Assembly (NCBI GenBank): GCA_034110705.1 | Contig: JAWUYR010000028.1 | Location: forward strand, 1 to 57,470 | Source of the DNA: Gammaproteobacteria bacterium | GTDB taxonomy: Bacteria > Pseudomonadota > Gammaproteobacteria > JABDGN01 | Direction: 5' to 3' | Length of the DNA: 57,470 nt | Shown: one piece after another, positions 33,265-45,350 of the stretch | How positions within the stretch are numbered: position 1 is the stretch's first letter | How the letters are laid out: each line of letters starts with the position of its first letter | Position numbers and translations under genes: made by a program | Notes under the pieces: generated by a model | The model's input: the letters and a program-made list of their open reading frames with translations, nothing else | What the model was told of the DNA's origin: nothing | Database searches by the model: none

Positions 33265-34875
33265 TTAGCTAGACTTTGTTAATTTTTGGTACAACTTGTT
33301 GTCCAAAATCATTAATTTTGCTAAAGCATATTGCTTTTGCTCATTATTTGCACCATTAGCTAGCTGACTATTAGCCTTATATAGCAGACTAAATAATTGC
33401 GCGGCCAAATCTGGCTCCCAAGCAATAACTTGATACTGCTCAATATAATTTTGTAGTTCTGTTAAATACACAGGTAATAAATCAAGCGTATTAAACATTA
33501 ATAAACATTCACAAAGAGTCATTTGAGAAACTACTCTCTCGCGGATAGACGTTGTCGTACTGATAGTCTGCTGAAGATACTGAAGTAATTCCTTTTGCTC
33601 TTGTTCATTTGAATTAGAACCTACTTTATTTAATAAGGTTGCTAATTTTTGTCCCTCTCCTTCCATTTGAGTAATAGGAGGTATAGTACATTTCTCGGCA
33701 GTGTGCAAACTTCCTAGGCTTAATAGCCATTTTTTTGTCTCCAAACTGCTGCAACGAGTACCATCGGAAAATTTTAACTGCGTGACTTGGGGAAAACGCT
33801 CCTGCAACATTAATAAAAAATACTTTAACACGGCTAATATTGTCTGATGACCACTTTTATTGGCTAGACTTTGGTACAAAATACGGTGGAGATCTAACCA
33901 AAATGGATAACGCTGTGCATACGCCTCTAGCGCTTTAATTTTTGTAGTCGAATATTTTTGCTCTTTAAATCGCTGAATATCCAACTCTATCATCTTATTT
34001 GGAAAAGAAATATACGTTTCAAAGTTCTCATCATGCTCGGGTAACTGTGTTAAATCCCCCCAAATTGCAGTGCGGCTGAGCACATAAGCTCGAACATCTT
34101 GATAGTCATCTTGTAACAACGCATTTGATTTTTTCAATAATCAAAATTCCACATCAGCTGTGCTTTCTTTAATTATATTTACTTTTTCTTCTTCTTTTTC
34201 TTGTCTAGCATCCAATGCAGCAATAGGCTTTATAAGCTCAGGCTCATCTAGAGCAGTACTCACCTCAGTATTTTCTTCAATCGGTTCAGCTACAATAGGG
34301 CTTGCTTCTGCTGCCAACTGTAACTTACGCTCAATACCAGCCATTTGCCGAGTAATTCCCAGTACCAAGCTTGCAATGCTGTCATCTTTAAAGTGTTTCT
34401 CAGCGGCTTGATTTAAATGCTGAAGAGATGATTTGAATTGCGATATATGTTTTTTATCTAATGAGGAAAAAAAAGTAGCGTTGAAGTTTTTTTGTAATTG
34501 CTTCACCAACCAGCCCAATGCAATGGAATAACTCTTTGGGCGTGTCTGAGGCTGTAAATCGCGGGAAAACTTATTAGTTAATTCTGTTAAAAAATCCAAA
34601 CCTTGGACCAAACCTTCTGTACCGTAAACTTTACTCAAGGCAATCACCAAATAAACTGCCACTAAAATATCTTTACTTTCAGTTTGCAAAATGGCTAATG
34701 ATTGTTTGGAAACTTTACTCCAATTAACATTAACATGCCCTGTAAACTGTTCCATCTTACGCACTTCACCTTTAAGCTCAGCAAAAGATGTTGTTTGACG
34801 TATATCTAGGCCACAAGGGTTTTCCGGAGAAACCTTATTTTTAATGACTTTTTGTAATGCTGACTTATTAAACAA
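33265..34875 (-). pseudogene. tssA: T6SS TssA (ImpA_N + VasJ-type), one in-frame stop
   Basis: PENPCGLDIR, VNWSKV, SKDILVAVYL, PFWLDLHR, LKFSDGT, WEPDLA; in-frame TGA at 34141. Confidence 0.88.
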
Positions 34876-34989
34876 TATTCAATACCTACAGCTTCGTTAA
34901 AATTTCACTTTCCAAAAAAATTCTTTATCGATCTAGTCAACTTGACTAATATTGAAATTTATTTTTTTTGTTTCACTATTATAAAAAGT

Positions 34990-37900
34990 TTAGCCTTGAC
35001 TATTGGTCCAACACAATGCAATTTTTTGTGGCATAGCGCCATCATGTAAATACTTTTGTTCATTTTCCAAAAGCTGTTGTCGCAGTGTAAAGAATTGATT
35101 TAACGTATGCAGCATTGTTTCAACACCTGAAATTTGATACGAAGGCATGATGGTTTTGATCTTATAGGCATTTAACAATTTCAGTTGCTGTGGAAAATTA
35201 GCAGCAGTAAAGCTTGGCTGCCCCTCACCAAAGTCTTTAATGAATTTAGCAAATTCATATCTACCTGGATAACTTTTCGTTAACGTCATTGCTTTAAAAT
35301 AAATAGAGATGCTAGCCGGACCACACTCACCTAAATTCCATTTTAACGTTTGATTGACAGGAAAGTTAAAGTTTTTTATTTTCACCATTTTCTTATTACA
35401 AATCTTTCGCAGAATCGTTTTATAAGGCAACATTCTAGCCCCGGCATTTACATTAGTAGAATAACTGTTCACCGTAATAAGGCGACCACCATTTTCATTA
35501 GAATAACGTTCAAACTGTGCTTCTTCGCGACTAATCGCTTGAATAGTTAAACCTCGATTTATAAAGTTATAGAACTCATCACTAAATGGGAAAATATGCC
35601 CATAAATAACTCTCGGCACATAAGAATCTTGTTTTATCTCTAAAAAGGGCTGTATAAATTTACTAACAAACTTCCACACCACACCATCTTGAGAAAATAA
35701 AGTCTTTGTTAACTCGTCTCCTGATAAACCTGCTACTGGTTTTAATACACTTTCTACCCATTGTTGCTGAACATAACAAGAAGCATTACGGTTATTGTAA
35801 TCCATGTAGTAATCGAATGGTCCACGAACAATTGACCAAAAGACACTATCGTGAACATCAGATAGGCCAACTAACTTACGCATTAAAGCGTAACTATCAT
35901 AAGCTTTAGTCAAAGCTTTTGAATCACCACTTTTTTTTTAAGAAACTGCTGAATCATAGACAGACCAAATCGATTTGTATGATTGACCAATTGAATCAAC
36001 ATTGCTAACAAACAACTTTTCTAAATCAATCTGGTATTGTACAAAAGCATTTGCAGCTCTTAAATCGACATTAAAATCACTCCGATACAATCCCCCTAGC
36101 GCACCACGTCGACTAATGTCAGATGGTTTTTCGACAATAGTGTCTATAAATCTTAGCGTTACCGAGGCTACATCTTTATAATTATCTACACTTTTATGCT
36201 TAACTTGAAAGTCTAGCAGTGAATAAAAATTCTCGACTTGTTTTATCCAAGATGGTGAGGATTTACGTTTCGTCGCACCAAACTCTGTCATTAGGACATC
36301 AAGTAAATGATAATAAGGACCTTTGGTTAATAAAATAACATCTGGATTATATATACTATCCCACTCTGTTTTGTAATTAAGAGTCTCCGTTCCACGATGA
36401 AAATATAAAATAAAGTTATACCAAGCATTTAAACGTTCGGTGTTATACCAAGTTTTAAATATATCTTCTTGATAATTAATATTTAAGTGACCTGGTAATG
36501 CTTTATTAATTTCATGCAAAAACTTAAAAACTCTTCTAGCCCCATCTTTGCTATAAGCTTTATCTATCACTAAATTTTTAGTTATTGAACTTCCCTTCCA
36601 AAAAGTTTTTAGCGTTGTTTGCTTAATGTCTTCTTGTGCATTTACCCAATCAACAATCCAATTTAAACTGGACTGATCACTAAGTAATTTGAACTCGATT
36701 ATCCATCGCTTCAATTTCACTTCTTCGACACTTAACGCTTGCTTATTGTTTTGCCAAATAATGTAGGTTTTATACAGGGCGCCAAAATTATCTAAGATAG
36801 TACTTGGTATCTTAGTAAAGCCTAGGTGCTCTAATTCCGGTGAGTCAATCGCCATAAGCGCCTCATAGGAGTGGCCACTCAGCTTAGCTTGGATGAGCCT
36901 AATGCGCGAGACGATATTTTCGACTAGGTAAGCTCGCTGTAGCGGTGTCAAGTGATCGCTGTTTTGCCTTAAAAAACTTTCTAAGTGCTCATCAAATAAC
37001 GACGAGACATTTCGTTGAAACTGGCTAACATATTTTTTTGAATATAGCTTTTCAATTTTATTTAAACCGAAATGAAAAGGTACAATACGAATTGTCTAGC
37101 GCTGACGGAAGGTTAGAATGTTACGCATTAAATTATTATAACTTGTTATTGTAACTAAGTTACGACTAAAGCTATCTGAATAGTGCACCTTGGGTGGCAC
37201 AGCCTTAATCAAACTAACTAAATTACGACTGGTCACAAGAAAAGAATAGATTGTATATAAAGATAAAACTGCAAATATAGTATAGACGGAATAAAAAGCG
37301 ATACCCTTACGAATGGATATCCTTTCCATGCTGTAAGCTGAGATTTTTGGCAAAACATTTTGCTTCTCTAATACCGTAGAAATTAAATCGTAGGTAAAAT
37401 CAAAATGATTCTTCTCATTTTTCCCAAACAAAAAAAACCTGATAAATGAGCACTACTAGCAACCTTCGTGCCAAATAATAAATCACTCAATCGCAGCCAA
37501 TTAGTTTGCGCTGATTGAAATGCGTTGGAAAAACTATAGATCATTTCAACATTTTTATACTCACCATGCTGGAACTGTCGATCTAAAAAATCGTTCAAAC
37601 TATTTAATATACGTGGGAATGCCGTCGAATTAAAATCAGTTTCTTTGGCGGTAGAATAAAGGCCTAGAACCTGTTGTCGCTGCTCCATACTTAAAGCTTG
37701 AGTGAATTCTGTATAGCCTGGTAAAGTTTCCAAGCCTGTAAAAATAATAGAAATCGGAATGGAGTAACCGCTTTCAACAAAAATTTGTGCAATGCGATTT
37801 TTAATTGCCGTTAGTTTTGTCGTTAAATTTTCTAGTGCATCTTCACTAAACGCGGTAATCGAGACGCTAATAATTAATTTGTTGAACGCCGATCCTTTAC

Positions 37901-38429
37901 GGTGATCTTTAACGTAATCAATAAATTTCAGCCACTCAGTCCGCTTATGATTTTCTAGTAGAGCTTGTGCAGGGCGCATCATAACCAAATTGTCAGTAAC
38001 GGTCCAATAAGCTCCCATTGCTTTTTCTGAGTTATTCTTTACTTCTGGCAGCTGCTGATATGGGGTCAAAGCATACGATAAATCTGAGGAATCTATCTCA
38101 AAGTATAAATGCTATGGTTTTTGATAAAAATCTTTACGTACTCACGGATTATCAGAATGGCCTAATTGACGATGTACTTCATGTAAACTGTGCAATAAAT
38201 CATTAACATCATCTGAACGACTAGCGGCACTTTTAATGAACCCAGTTTTATGTTTATAAATTCTTTTACGAACATAATGGATCACAAACAAAATGATCGT
38301 TAAATAAACGATGAAGAAAACCACCACCGTCCAAATTGGCCAATCTACTAAGCCAAGACTAATGAAAGCTAGAACCAACGATCCTAGCATAATCAAAATC
38401 CATTTTAATAATTTTCGTATCATTGCCAT
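34990..38429 (-). pseudogene. tssM: T6SS membrane complex TssM (IcmF), four stops and one frameshift
   Basis: N-terminal TMs, LPGYTEF, WVESV, VWKFV...PF, IFPFSDEF, TNVNAGA..P..T, NFNFP, W....CG. Stops at 38142, 38112, 37096 and 35938; frameshift in a T8 run near 37430. Confidence 0.82.
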
Positions 38430-38439
38430 TCAATCAATC

Positions 38440-39093
38440 TCACATTAACGTAGCGATGTAATTCTTTACCGTAAAATGTAAAATACCGTAAAAGAACATA
38501 AAAACTAAAATAAGTAACACTACCGGTATTAACCACCAAATAAGTTTGCGTTGATACCATTTACTCACTTTCTTAACAGTAATATCAATCGGTTTTTTAT
38601 CTAAGCATGCATATAAATCTGGAAAAAATTGCTTGCTGCCACCTACAGCCATAAGTTCCAAGCAATCTTGCTTAATCGTATTCAAGTGTGTTACGTCATC
38701 CGGGCTGTAATAACGACCTTTAAAGCCTAAAACTAAGCAGCGATAGTAAACGCGAATAACACTCTTCTCATCCGTGGAAAAGCTTGCCATGCGTTCAAAA
38801 AACTCACTACCAGCATTAGCAGTAGAAAAATATTTCTCTTGTAGTAATTGTTGCTGCCATTCATTTTTGCTTTACCACGACGAGCGCTGAACAGTTTCAT
38901 CTATCCAAGCATAAACAGCAAATTTTGCAGATGCTATCGCCTTTGGCTCAATGTTTACTGTGTTACTATCAAGCTCAGTAATCACATTACTAATAGAGTC
39001 TTGAAAGGCAACAAAATCCAAATCAGAAAATTGCTTTGCTTGTTGCTCTGTCACTACATTTATTAAATCACCAAAGTAACTATAAAGTTCCAT
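38440..39093 (-). pseudogene. tssL: T6SS TssL (DotU), one in-frame stop
   Basis: AKFAVYAWIDE, LQEKYF...NAGSEFF, YYRCLVLGFKGRY, C-terminal TM; in-frame TAA at 38872. Confidence 0.9.
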
Positions 39094-39101
39094 TTTTTAT
39101 C

Positions 39102-40472
39102 TCAACTTGCAGCCATGCTGACGGTTAATTCAATGGGTAAATTACCAACATAAAGCGCCATGCGTTGATCTTTCTCAATCTTCAACCATTCCGCATTAGC
39201 TTTATCAATACTAAAATACAGACAATTATTAATATTCGGAATACCTTCGGGCACACTACCAATTACTTTTAAAGCAGCACCAGGCAAAGAGAAAGATAGA
39301 CTATTTTCAACATTACTATAAGCACATAACTTACTGGTACTATTAATATGAGTTAATACATCATCTAGTTTATCTGCATCTGTTTTCACTAAGAGATAAA
39401 AGCTTTGGTTTTCGGTGAAAAATTCTTTTGTCGCATCCATGACATATAAATTTTCCTCTTTTTTCGCTTTGATATATCTTTCAGAGGTCAGGACAATTTG
39501 ATTTAGTGTACTTAAAATTAAATCACAAGTACTAAGCAAACATTTTGATAAATCATCATGTGTATAATTCGACAGCAGGGGATTGCCTTGCTTATCTTGC
39601 CCGAGCACATTAACTTGTCTTGTAAAAATGCTAATTTCGGCGAGTAATTCTGCCAAAGCACAATAAAAATTTTCCGGATGTGCTACTTCACCATTAAGTA
39701 AATGTGTGAATTGTGTTGCATAACGGTTTAAACTACCTAAGAGCAATAAATTTTTAATATGACCTTGATTATCATAAACAGTAACTGATTTTTTTAACAA
39801 CTCAATTTGATTAATTCTATCCATTAAGTTTTCATAAAATTTTTATATTTTTACAAACAAATTTGATGAAGCTTTAATATTTAAACACACAGGAATAAAA
39901 TCAGGGTCAAGCGTAATCTTATCGGCTGTTTTAATCAGAGTGGCCACTGGCAATAAAACATAATTCTGCACTTGTGCAGCTTCAGTATCCCAAAAAATCT
40001 TAGCCGCATATTTCAATTGCTTCACATTCGCCTGCGGGCCTTTATTATATAAGTCTTCTTCATCAGCCCCTTCAGTGCTAACAAACCGAGTATTTACATC
40101 AGCACTTCCACTTGCCTCTGTGACATTAGCTTCAACAGTAGAGAATTCTTTAATGCCCAAATACACTTGGCAACGGGTAACGCCCGCTTTTGTTTGATCA
40201 GCAAAAGAACGTGGAGCAAGCTGACAGCTTACTGGGATCTGTACAACAGCACCTTGTTGTGTAACAAAAGTACCACTTTTAATGCTAAATATACTATTTT
40301 CTAACAAGCCTTCATCTATTTCACAATCAACTATACCCCAAAAGTTGGGTGAAATAAATTGCATACGTGCTGCAAGTAAATACTGATGATACAAATCTGT
40401 TAATTGAAAATGCTGTGGCTGCAAGAATAAGCCTTGTTCCCAATTAATAGGTAGTCTTGTTTGAGCCGTCAT
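39102..40472 (-). pseudogene. tssK: T6SS baseplate TssK, one in-frame stop
   Basis: WEQGLFLQPQHFQ, WGI, LDPDFIP, HPENFY, YTHDDL, SLPG; in-frame TAA at 39843. Confidence 0.92.
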
Positions 40473-40488
40473 ACTGGTCTCCTTTCCT

Positions 40489-41061
40489 TTATTGCTCACG
40501 AGAGTATGCGCTGGCAATGCCTTGCTTACCCAAATTAAGTTTCACATGCAACGGTACTGGCATATAAATTCGTTTCCAAAACTTAATGCCTTCAATCTCA
40601 TTGCCAATCGGAATATTAAATATTTTGACGACTTGGCCTGGATTCAACTGATTGTAACCTGCAACAATCACAATATGCTTCATGCCGGCCATGCGGGTTA
40701 ATTGTATAGTTTTCCTTTCGCCAGGCGCAACGAATAATTTGCTAATAAATAAGGATCTTGCTTCAGCCTGCGTATTTACTTTTTCTAATAAAGTGGCAAT
40801 GCCTTCGGAAGTATCCAATAAACTTTGCACGGCTTGTAATTCTGATACTTGAATTACAGCGAGGAGTAAGGTGTGAGAACGGCCATTAAGAGTATCTAGT
40901 TTTCGCGGAGCTTCAATGTGAATATTAATCGCGTTAGTTTTATAAGCCCACATATGTGCATTCACTGCGGGATGCTTTTCAGCAAAACAGCCGCTTAGTC
41001 CAATAATAAAAATGCCCAATAAAACAACTCGGCCAATTACATAAGCTAGATTTCTAATCAT
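40489..41061 (-). CDS. tssJ: T6SS outer-membrane lipoprotein TssJ
   Basis: Lipobox LSGC, H.L.L...Q, FVAPGE, IVAGY; first gene of the T6SS cluster. Confidence 0.85.
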   Translation of the reverse strand: MIRNLAYVIGRVVLLGIFIIGLSGCFAEKHPAVNAHMWAYKTNAINIHIEAPRKLDTLNGRSHTLLLAVIQVSELQAVQSLLDTSEGIATLLEKVNTQAEARSLFISKLFVAPGERKTIQLTRMAGMKHIVIVAGYNQLNPGQVVKIFNIPIGNEIEGIKFWKRIYMPVPLHVKLNLGKQGIASAYSREQ

Positions 41062-41183
41062 CTACCAGTTCCCTTTAGTCGTTTGGCAAAGATACATTTT
41101 CCCATGCTGAAAGTCAATTTTTTCTTAAAGCTCAAGTACTTAAATGAAGATGTTAAGACGGATTTTCTATTTTAAATAAAAAA

Positions 41184-41375
41184 TTATAAATGTTTCTTAA
41201 TATTTAACAACAGATAAAAAGCGGCCAAACCAACTACAATATAGATCAAACGGCTGACAATTGTCATGTGGCCAAAAAAGATACTAACTAAATTAATATT
41301 AAACACACCAACCAAGAACCAATTCAGTCCACCTGCTATTAACAAAACCACTGCAATAAAATTAAGTATTTTCAT
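41184..41375 (-). CDS. DUF378 (YuzA-like) small membrane protein
   Basis: LLIAGGLNWFLVGVFNINLVSIFFG...SRLIYIVVGLAA. Confidence 0.88.
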   Translation of the reverse strand: MKILNFIAVVLLIAGGLNWFLVGVFNINLVSIFFGHMTIVSRLIYIVVGLAAFYLLLNIKKHL

Positions 41376-41439
41376 TTGTTGAGCCCCTTTCGGCAAAAAT
41401 AAAATTGTTAATATACCGGAAAATACTAGTTAAGCAACT

Positions 41440-43665
41440 TTAGAGTAAATCGATGGGATCGATATCCAATGACCAGCGAACTTTACGTGCCATAGGTAAT
41501 GCTTCAATTTCATCAAGCGCACTGTTTAACAAACGATGTAAAAAACCTCGCTGCTTAGATGAAAGCACCAGCTGCCAACGATAACGTCCAGATCTTTTCT
41601 CTATTGGCGCAGGCAGTGGCCCAAGCAATGTTACTTCGCTAGCATGCTTTTGTAAGCTCAAGCGCGCATCTTGTAAAAATTTTTGGCAACTATCCGACTG
41701 TACCGCTTCAACGGTAAATAATGCTAAATGTGCATACGGCGGGAGATCTGTCTGTTGTCGTTCGATCAAAATTTTCTTTGCCACGGCATTATAGCCTTGG
41801 CTAATTAACGTTTGTAACAACACGCTATCAGGATGATGGGTTTGAATCATAACCATGCCTTTTTTCTCAGCGCGACCTGCACGTCCGGCAACCTGGATCA
41901 CTTGCTGCGCCATGGCCTCACTTGCTGAAAAATCGCCACTATACAAAGCACCGTCAATATCCAGCATCACAACTAAAGTAACATTCGGAAAATGATGCCC
42001 CTTAGCTAGCATCTGTGTACCCACTAATAATTGTGCATTGCCCTGATGCACTTGGTTAAGCTTAGCCTCAAGAGCTCCTTTTTTACGCGTACTATCGCGG
42101 TCAATTCTAGTAATGCTTATCTTTGGAAACAGACTTTGTAACGTCTGCTCCAAACGTTGTGTTCCGACCCCTATCTGCAATAATTGCTTACCGCCACATT
42201 CTACACATGCCGTGTAAACACCATGTTGTTTACCACAATGATGACAGCGTAACTGTTTTGGCTGTTGGTGCAAGGTCATTGGGGTTTGACAGCGATCACA
42301 CTCTGCAAGCCAGCCACAATCATGGCATAATAAGACTGGTGCAAAGCCGCGCCGGTTTAAAAAGAATAGAACTTGATTACCTCGCTCTACTTCAGTCTTT
42401 ACTTGCTCAATCACCGCCTTCGACAAACCCTCCTTGGCTTTCTGTTGGCGCATATCAATGAGCTGCAATAATGGCAAGCTTGCACCTGTTGCCCTAACTG
42501 ATAAAGTTAAATAATTAAATTTTCCTTGCCATGCATTGTGCAAACTACTTAATGCTGGCGTTGCTGAACCAAGAATAACCGGAATATTGGCTAATTGAGC
42601 ACGACGCACAGCCACATCACGCGCATGATATTGAAATCCTTCCCATTGTTTAAAGGAATGGTCGTGTGATTCGTCAACCACAATCACCCCTAAGTCTTTA
42701 AAGTCGGCAAAAACAGCAGAACGAGTACCTATAAGCACCGAAATGTCGCCATTTTTAGCTTTTAGCCAAGTTGTGCCACGTTCTTTGTCGGTTAGGCCCG
42801 AATGTAACAAACCAATTGCGGCACCAATCCGTAAAGTAAAGCGCGTTAAGGTTTGTGGGGTTAAGCCGATTTCCGGCAATAAAATCAGTGCTTGGCGCCC
42901 AGCTTGCACAACTTGCTCAACCACATGCAAATAAACTTCCGTTTTACCACTACCGGTAATACCATCAAGCAGAAAGGGGATAAAGCCACCTAACCTAGCT
43001 TCCATCTTTTGGCAGGCCGCTTGCTGTTCCGCATTTAAAATAGGTGCACTGTGTACCTCAGACTGTATCTGATTGATTTTTAGTTCAAATTCAACTTTTT
43101 CTACTAATTTTTTATCAGATAGTAATTCTAATATGCGTTTATCTACTCCTAAACTCTGTAATTCATGCCAAGAAATTAACAGCTTCTCTGGCTGTTCTGC
43201 ATGTAAACTCAAGAGCTGCTGATACACCTGATTTTGTTTCGGTGCGCGAGCTAAAACCTTATTCTCAATTTGCTCTCCTTGAGGCAATAAACGCCAAGCA
43301 GTTTCGGTGGCTAAATGCGCAGGCTCACCATTGCGCAATGCTTTAGGAAGTGCGCGTGCCAATATCTCACCCAGGGCGTAATGATAATAACGGCCACACC
43401 ATAAGAGTAAATCCCAAAGAGTGGGAGAAAATAAAGGTTGTTGATCGAGCAGGGCGCTAATACGTTTTAATTTATGGCGTGGAAAATCTGAGTGCGCTGC
43501 AATCTGAACCACAAAGCCAACCAGTTGTTTGCGCCCAAAGCTAACTTTTACCCGAGTACCTGGAACCACTAAATCGGCATCTTGCAAAGGTGGCAAATAA
43601 TCAAACAACTTGCGCAAAGGGGAGGGGATAGCAACTTTTATGATAAGATTTTTTTCCATGGTCAA
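41440..43665 (-). CDS. priA: Primosomal protein N' PriA
   Basis: GITGSGKTEVY, DESHD, two Zn CxxC pairs, GTQMLAKGHHFP, QVAGRAGR. Confidence 0.97.
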   Translation of the reverse strand: MTMEKNLIIKVAIPSPLRKLFDYLPPLQDADLVVPGTRVKVSFGRKQLVGFVVQIAAHSDFPRHKLKRISALLDQQPLFSPTLWDLLLWCGRYYHYALGEILARALPKALRNGEPAHLATETAWRLLPQGEQIENKVLARAPKQNQVYQQLLSLHAEQPEKLLISWHELQSLGVDKRILELLSDKKLVEKVEFELKINQIQSEVHSAPILNAEQQAACQKMEARLGGFIPFLLDGITGSGKTEVYLHVVEQVVQAGRQALILLPEIGLTPQTLTRFTLRIGAAIGLLHSGLTDKERGTTWLKAKNGDISVLIGTRSAVFADFKDLGVIVVDESHDHSFKQWEGFQYHARDVAVRRAQLANIPVILGSATPALSSLHNAWQGKFNYLTLSVRATGASLPLLQLIDMRQQKAKEGLSKAVIEQVKTEVERGNQVLFFLNRRGFAPVLLCHDCGWLAECDRCQTPMTLHQQPKQLRCHHCGKQHGVYTACVECGGKQLLQIGVGTQRLEQTLQSLFPKISITRIDRDSTRKKGALEAKLNQVHQGNAQLLVGTQMLAKGHHFPNVTLVVMLDIDGALYSGDFSASEAMAQQVIQVAGRAGRAEKKGMVMIQTHHPDSVLLQTLISQGYNAVAKKILIERQQTDLPPYAHLALFTVEAVQSDSCQKFLQDARLSLQKHASEVTLLGPLPAPIEKRSGRYRWQLVLSSKQRGFLHRLLNSALDEIEALPMARKVRWSLDIDPIDLL

Positions 43666-43747
43666 ACATTATCGCACAGCTAATGTGCAAAGTTGAAAAT
43701 TATTCTCAATTCGTTATAGTGCTGAACAAATCACTTAAGGATACATC

Positions 43748-45187
43748 ATGCAATCAACCCCTACCGCATCTAGTAATTCATATGTAATACTTATTTCAAT
43801 GGTCGCGGCTATAGCAGGGATCTTATTTGACTTTGATACTGGTGTTATCTCTGGTGCAATTCTTTTTATAAATACTCAATTTCATCTTTCTACCTTCATG
43901 AATGGTACTGTGGTCAGTGCTGTTTTATTCAGGGCATTAATAGGCTCTATCTTTAGTGGTAAAATTACCGACCACTTTGGCCGAAAAATGATTCTGATAT
44001 CAGTGGCCTTAGTTTTTGCTTTTGGAACATTACTAACCTCATTTGCACCAAATTTATTCTTATTGATATTTGGCCGTTTTATTGTCGGCATAGCGATAGG
44101 CTTAGCTTCATATGCTGCCCCGCTGTATATTTCTGAAATTGCTCCATCACAATATCGTGGCGCGCTAGTGTCATTAAATCAATTAGCCATTAGTATCGGA
44201 ATATTGCTTTCATATGTTGTCGACTACCTTTTAGCGGCACAACACGCTTGGCGCTTAATGCTAGGTCTTGGCGTTGTACCAGCCTTATTGCTCTTAGTTG
44301 GCATGATTTTCTTACCTCGCAGCCCACGCTGGATGTTTTCAAAAGGGCATCATCATAAGGCAGCCGCTATTTTGCGACGCATCCGCGGCAGTGATCGTGA
44401 TATCGATCATGAGCTCAGCATGATGCGTGATCATTTAAACCATATGAAAGGTAGTTGACATATTTTATTCTCAAAAACAATTCGCCCAGTTGTTTTTATT
44501 GGAGCGGGCTTAGCCATTTTACAACAAGTAACCGGTATCAATACGATACTTTATTATGCACCCACTATTCTTAAAGCGGTTGGCTATGGCAGTAATAGCC
44601 ATGCCATTTTAGCAACCATGGGCGTAGGTGGAATATTTGTTTTATTTACCATTGTATTCTTACCCTTGATTGATGTAGTAGGCCGTCGCAAACTGTTGGT
44701 TATAGGCTTGCTAGGGATGGCGCTTGGTTTAGCTGTCATGATCTGGTCCTTCCATCATACCAACCTTACACCACATCAAAAGCTAATTTTATTGGTAGGA
44801 TTATTTATTTATATTGCTTCATTTTCATTTAGCTTAGGTCCCATTATGTGGCTAATGGTTTCAGAAATTTATCCACTCAAAGTACGCGGCATTAGTGCAA
44901 GTTTTGCAACCAGTATTAACTGGGCGAGTAATATGATTGTCGCTTTTACCTTCTTATCTATTGTTAAAACTATTGGTATTCCCAGCACTTTTACCATTTA
45001 TCTGGTCATGTGTTTTGTGAGTATTGTTTTTGTTTTATATTTAGTACCAGAAACAAAAGGTATATTACTAGAACAAATCGAGGTCAATTTATTAGAAGGC
45101 AAAAAATGGCGTCATTTAGGTGATAACTTCACTCAACACAATAAAGCTGATATTGAACGCTTAGGTGAAGCATTAGAGAAAAATTAA
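43748..45187 (+). pseudogene. Sugar porter family MFS transporter (GalP/XylE-like), nonsense mutation
   Basis: DTGVISGA, DHFGRK, PLYISEIAP, PRSPRW, QQVTGINTILYYAP, DVVGRR, SEIYP, PETKG. In-frame TGA at 44456 where Trp is expected. Confidence 0.88.
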
Positions 45188-45190
45188 AAA

Positions 45191-45267
45191 TGGTGCGCCC
45201 GAGACGATTCGAACGTCCGACCTTTGGCTTCGGAGGCCAACACTCTATCCAGCTGAGCTACGAGCGC
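45191..45267 (-). tRNA. tRNA-Arg(CCG)
   Basis: Minus strand GCGCTCGTAGCTCAGCTGGATAGAG-TGTTGGC-CTCCGAA-GCCAA...GTTCGAATC...GGGCGCACCA; anticodon CCG and encoded CCA. Confidence 0.97.
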
Positions 45268-45350
45268 ATAAGCGCGTATTGTACTTGTTTCGCTTAATAT
45301 CGTCTATTTAAAATATTCATCGCAGATTTACAGCCAAACTCGAAAAATTT

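Larger units (their letters stand above)
16538..41061 (-). other. Genomic island of about 25 kb (T6SS plus exported-protein array) between priA and argS
   Basis: Co-oriented block that looks more AT-rich by eye and interrupts the priA-argS-SPOR order. No integrase or att repeats were seen. Confidence 0.6.

Noticed and set aside
24782-41061. Long-read sequencing error as the sole cause of the T6SS fragmentation
   Set aside because: Eleven of the 14 lesions are substitutions rather than indels, and the housekeeping genes are clean. Individual homopolymer frameshifts (G6 in vgrG, T8 in tssM) could still be errors.
6638-44458. Stop-codon reassignment or programmed readthrough as the cause of the many in-frame stops
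   Set aside because: All three stop codons occur, at positions expecting different residues (E, W, G and others). Essential genes have no internal stops and end normally with TAA, TAG or TGA. Frameshifts occur in the same genes.
45191-45267. tRNA-Arg as the integration site of the island
   Set aside because: No integrase and no duplicated tRNA 3' end was seen, and the island boundary is about 4 kb away, beyond priA.
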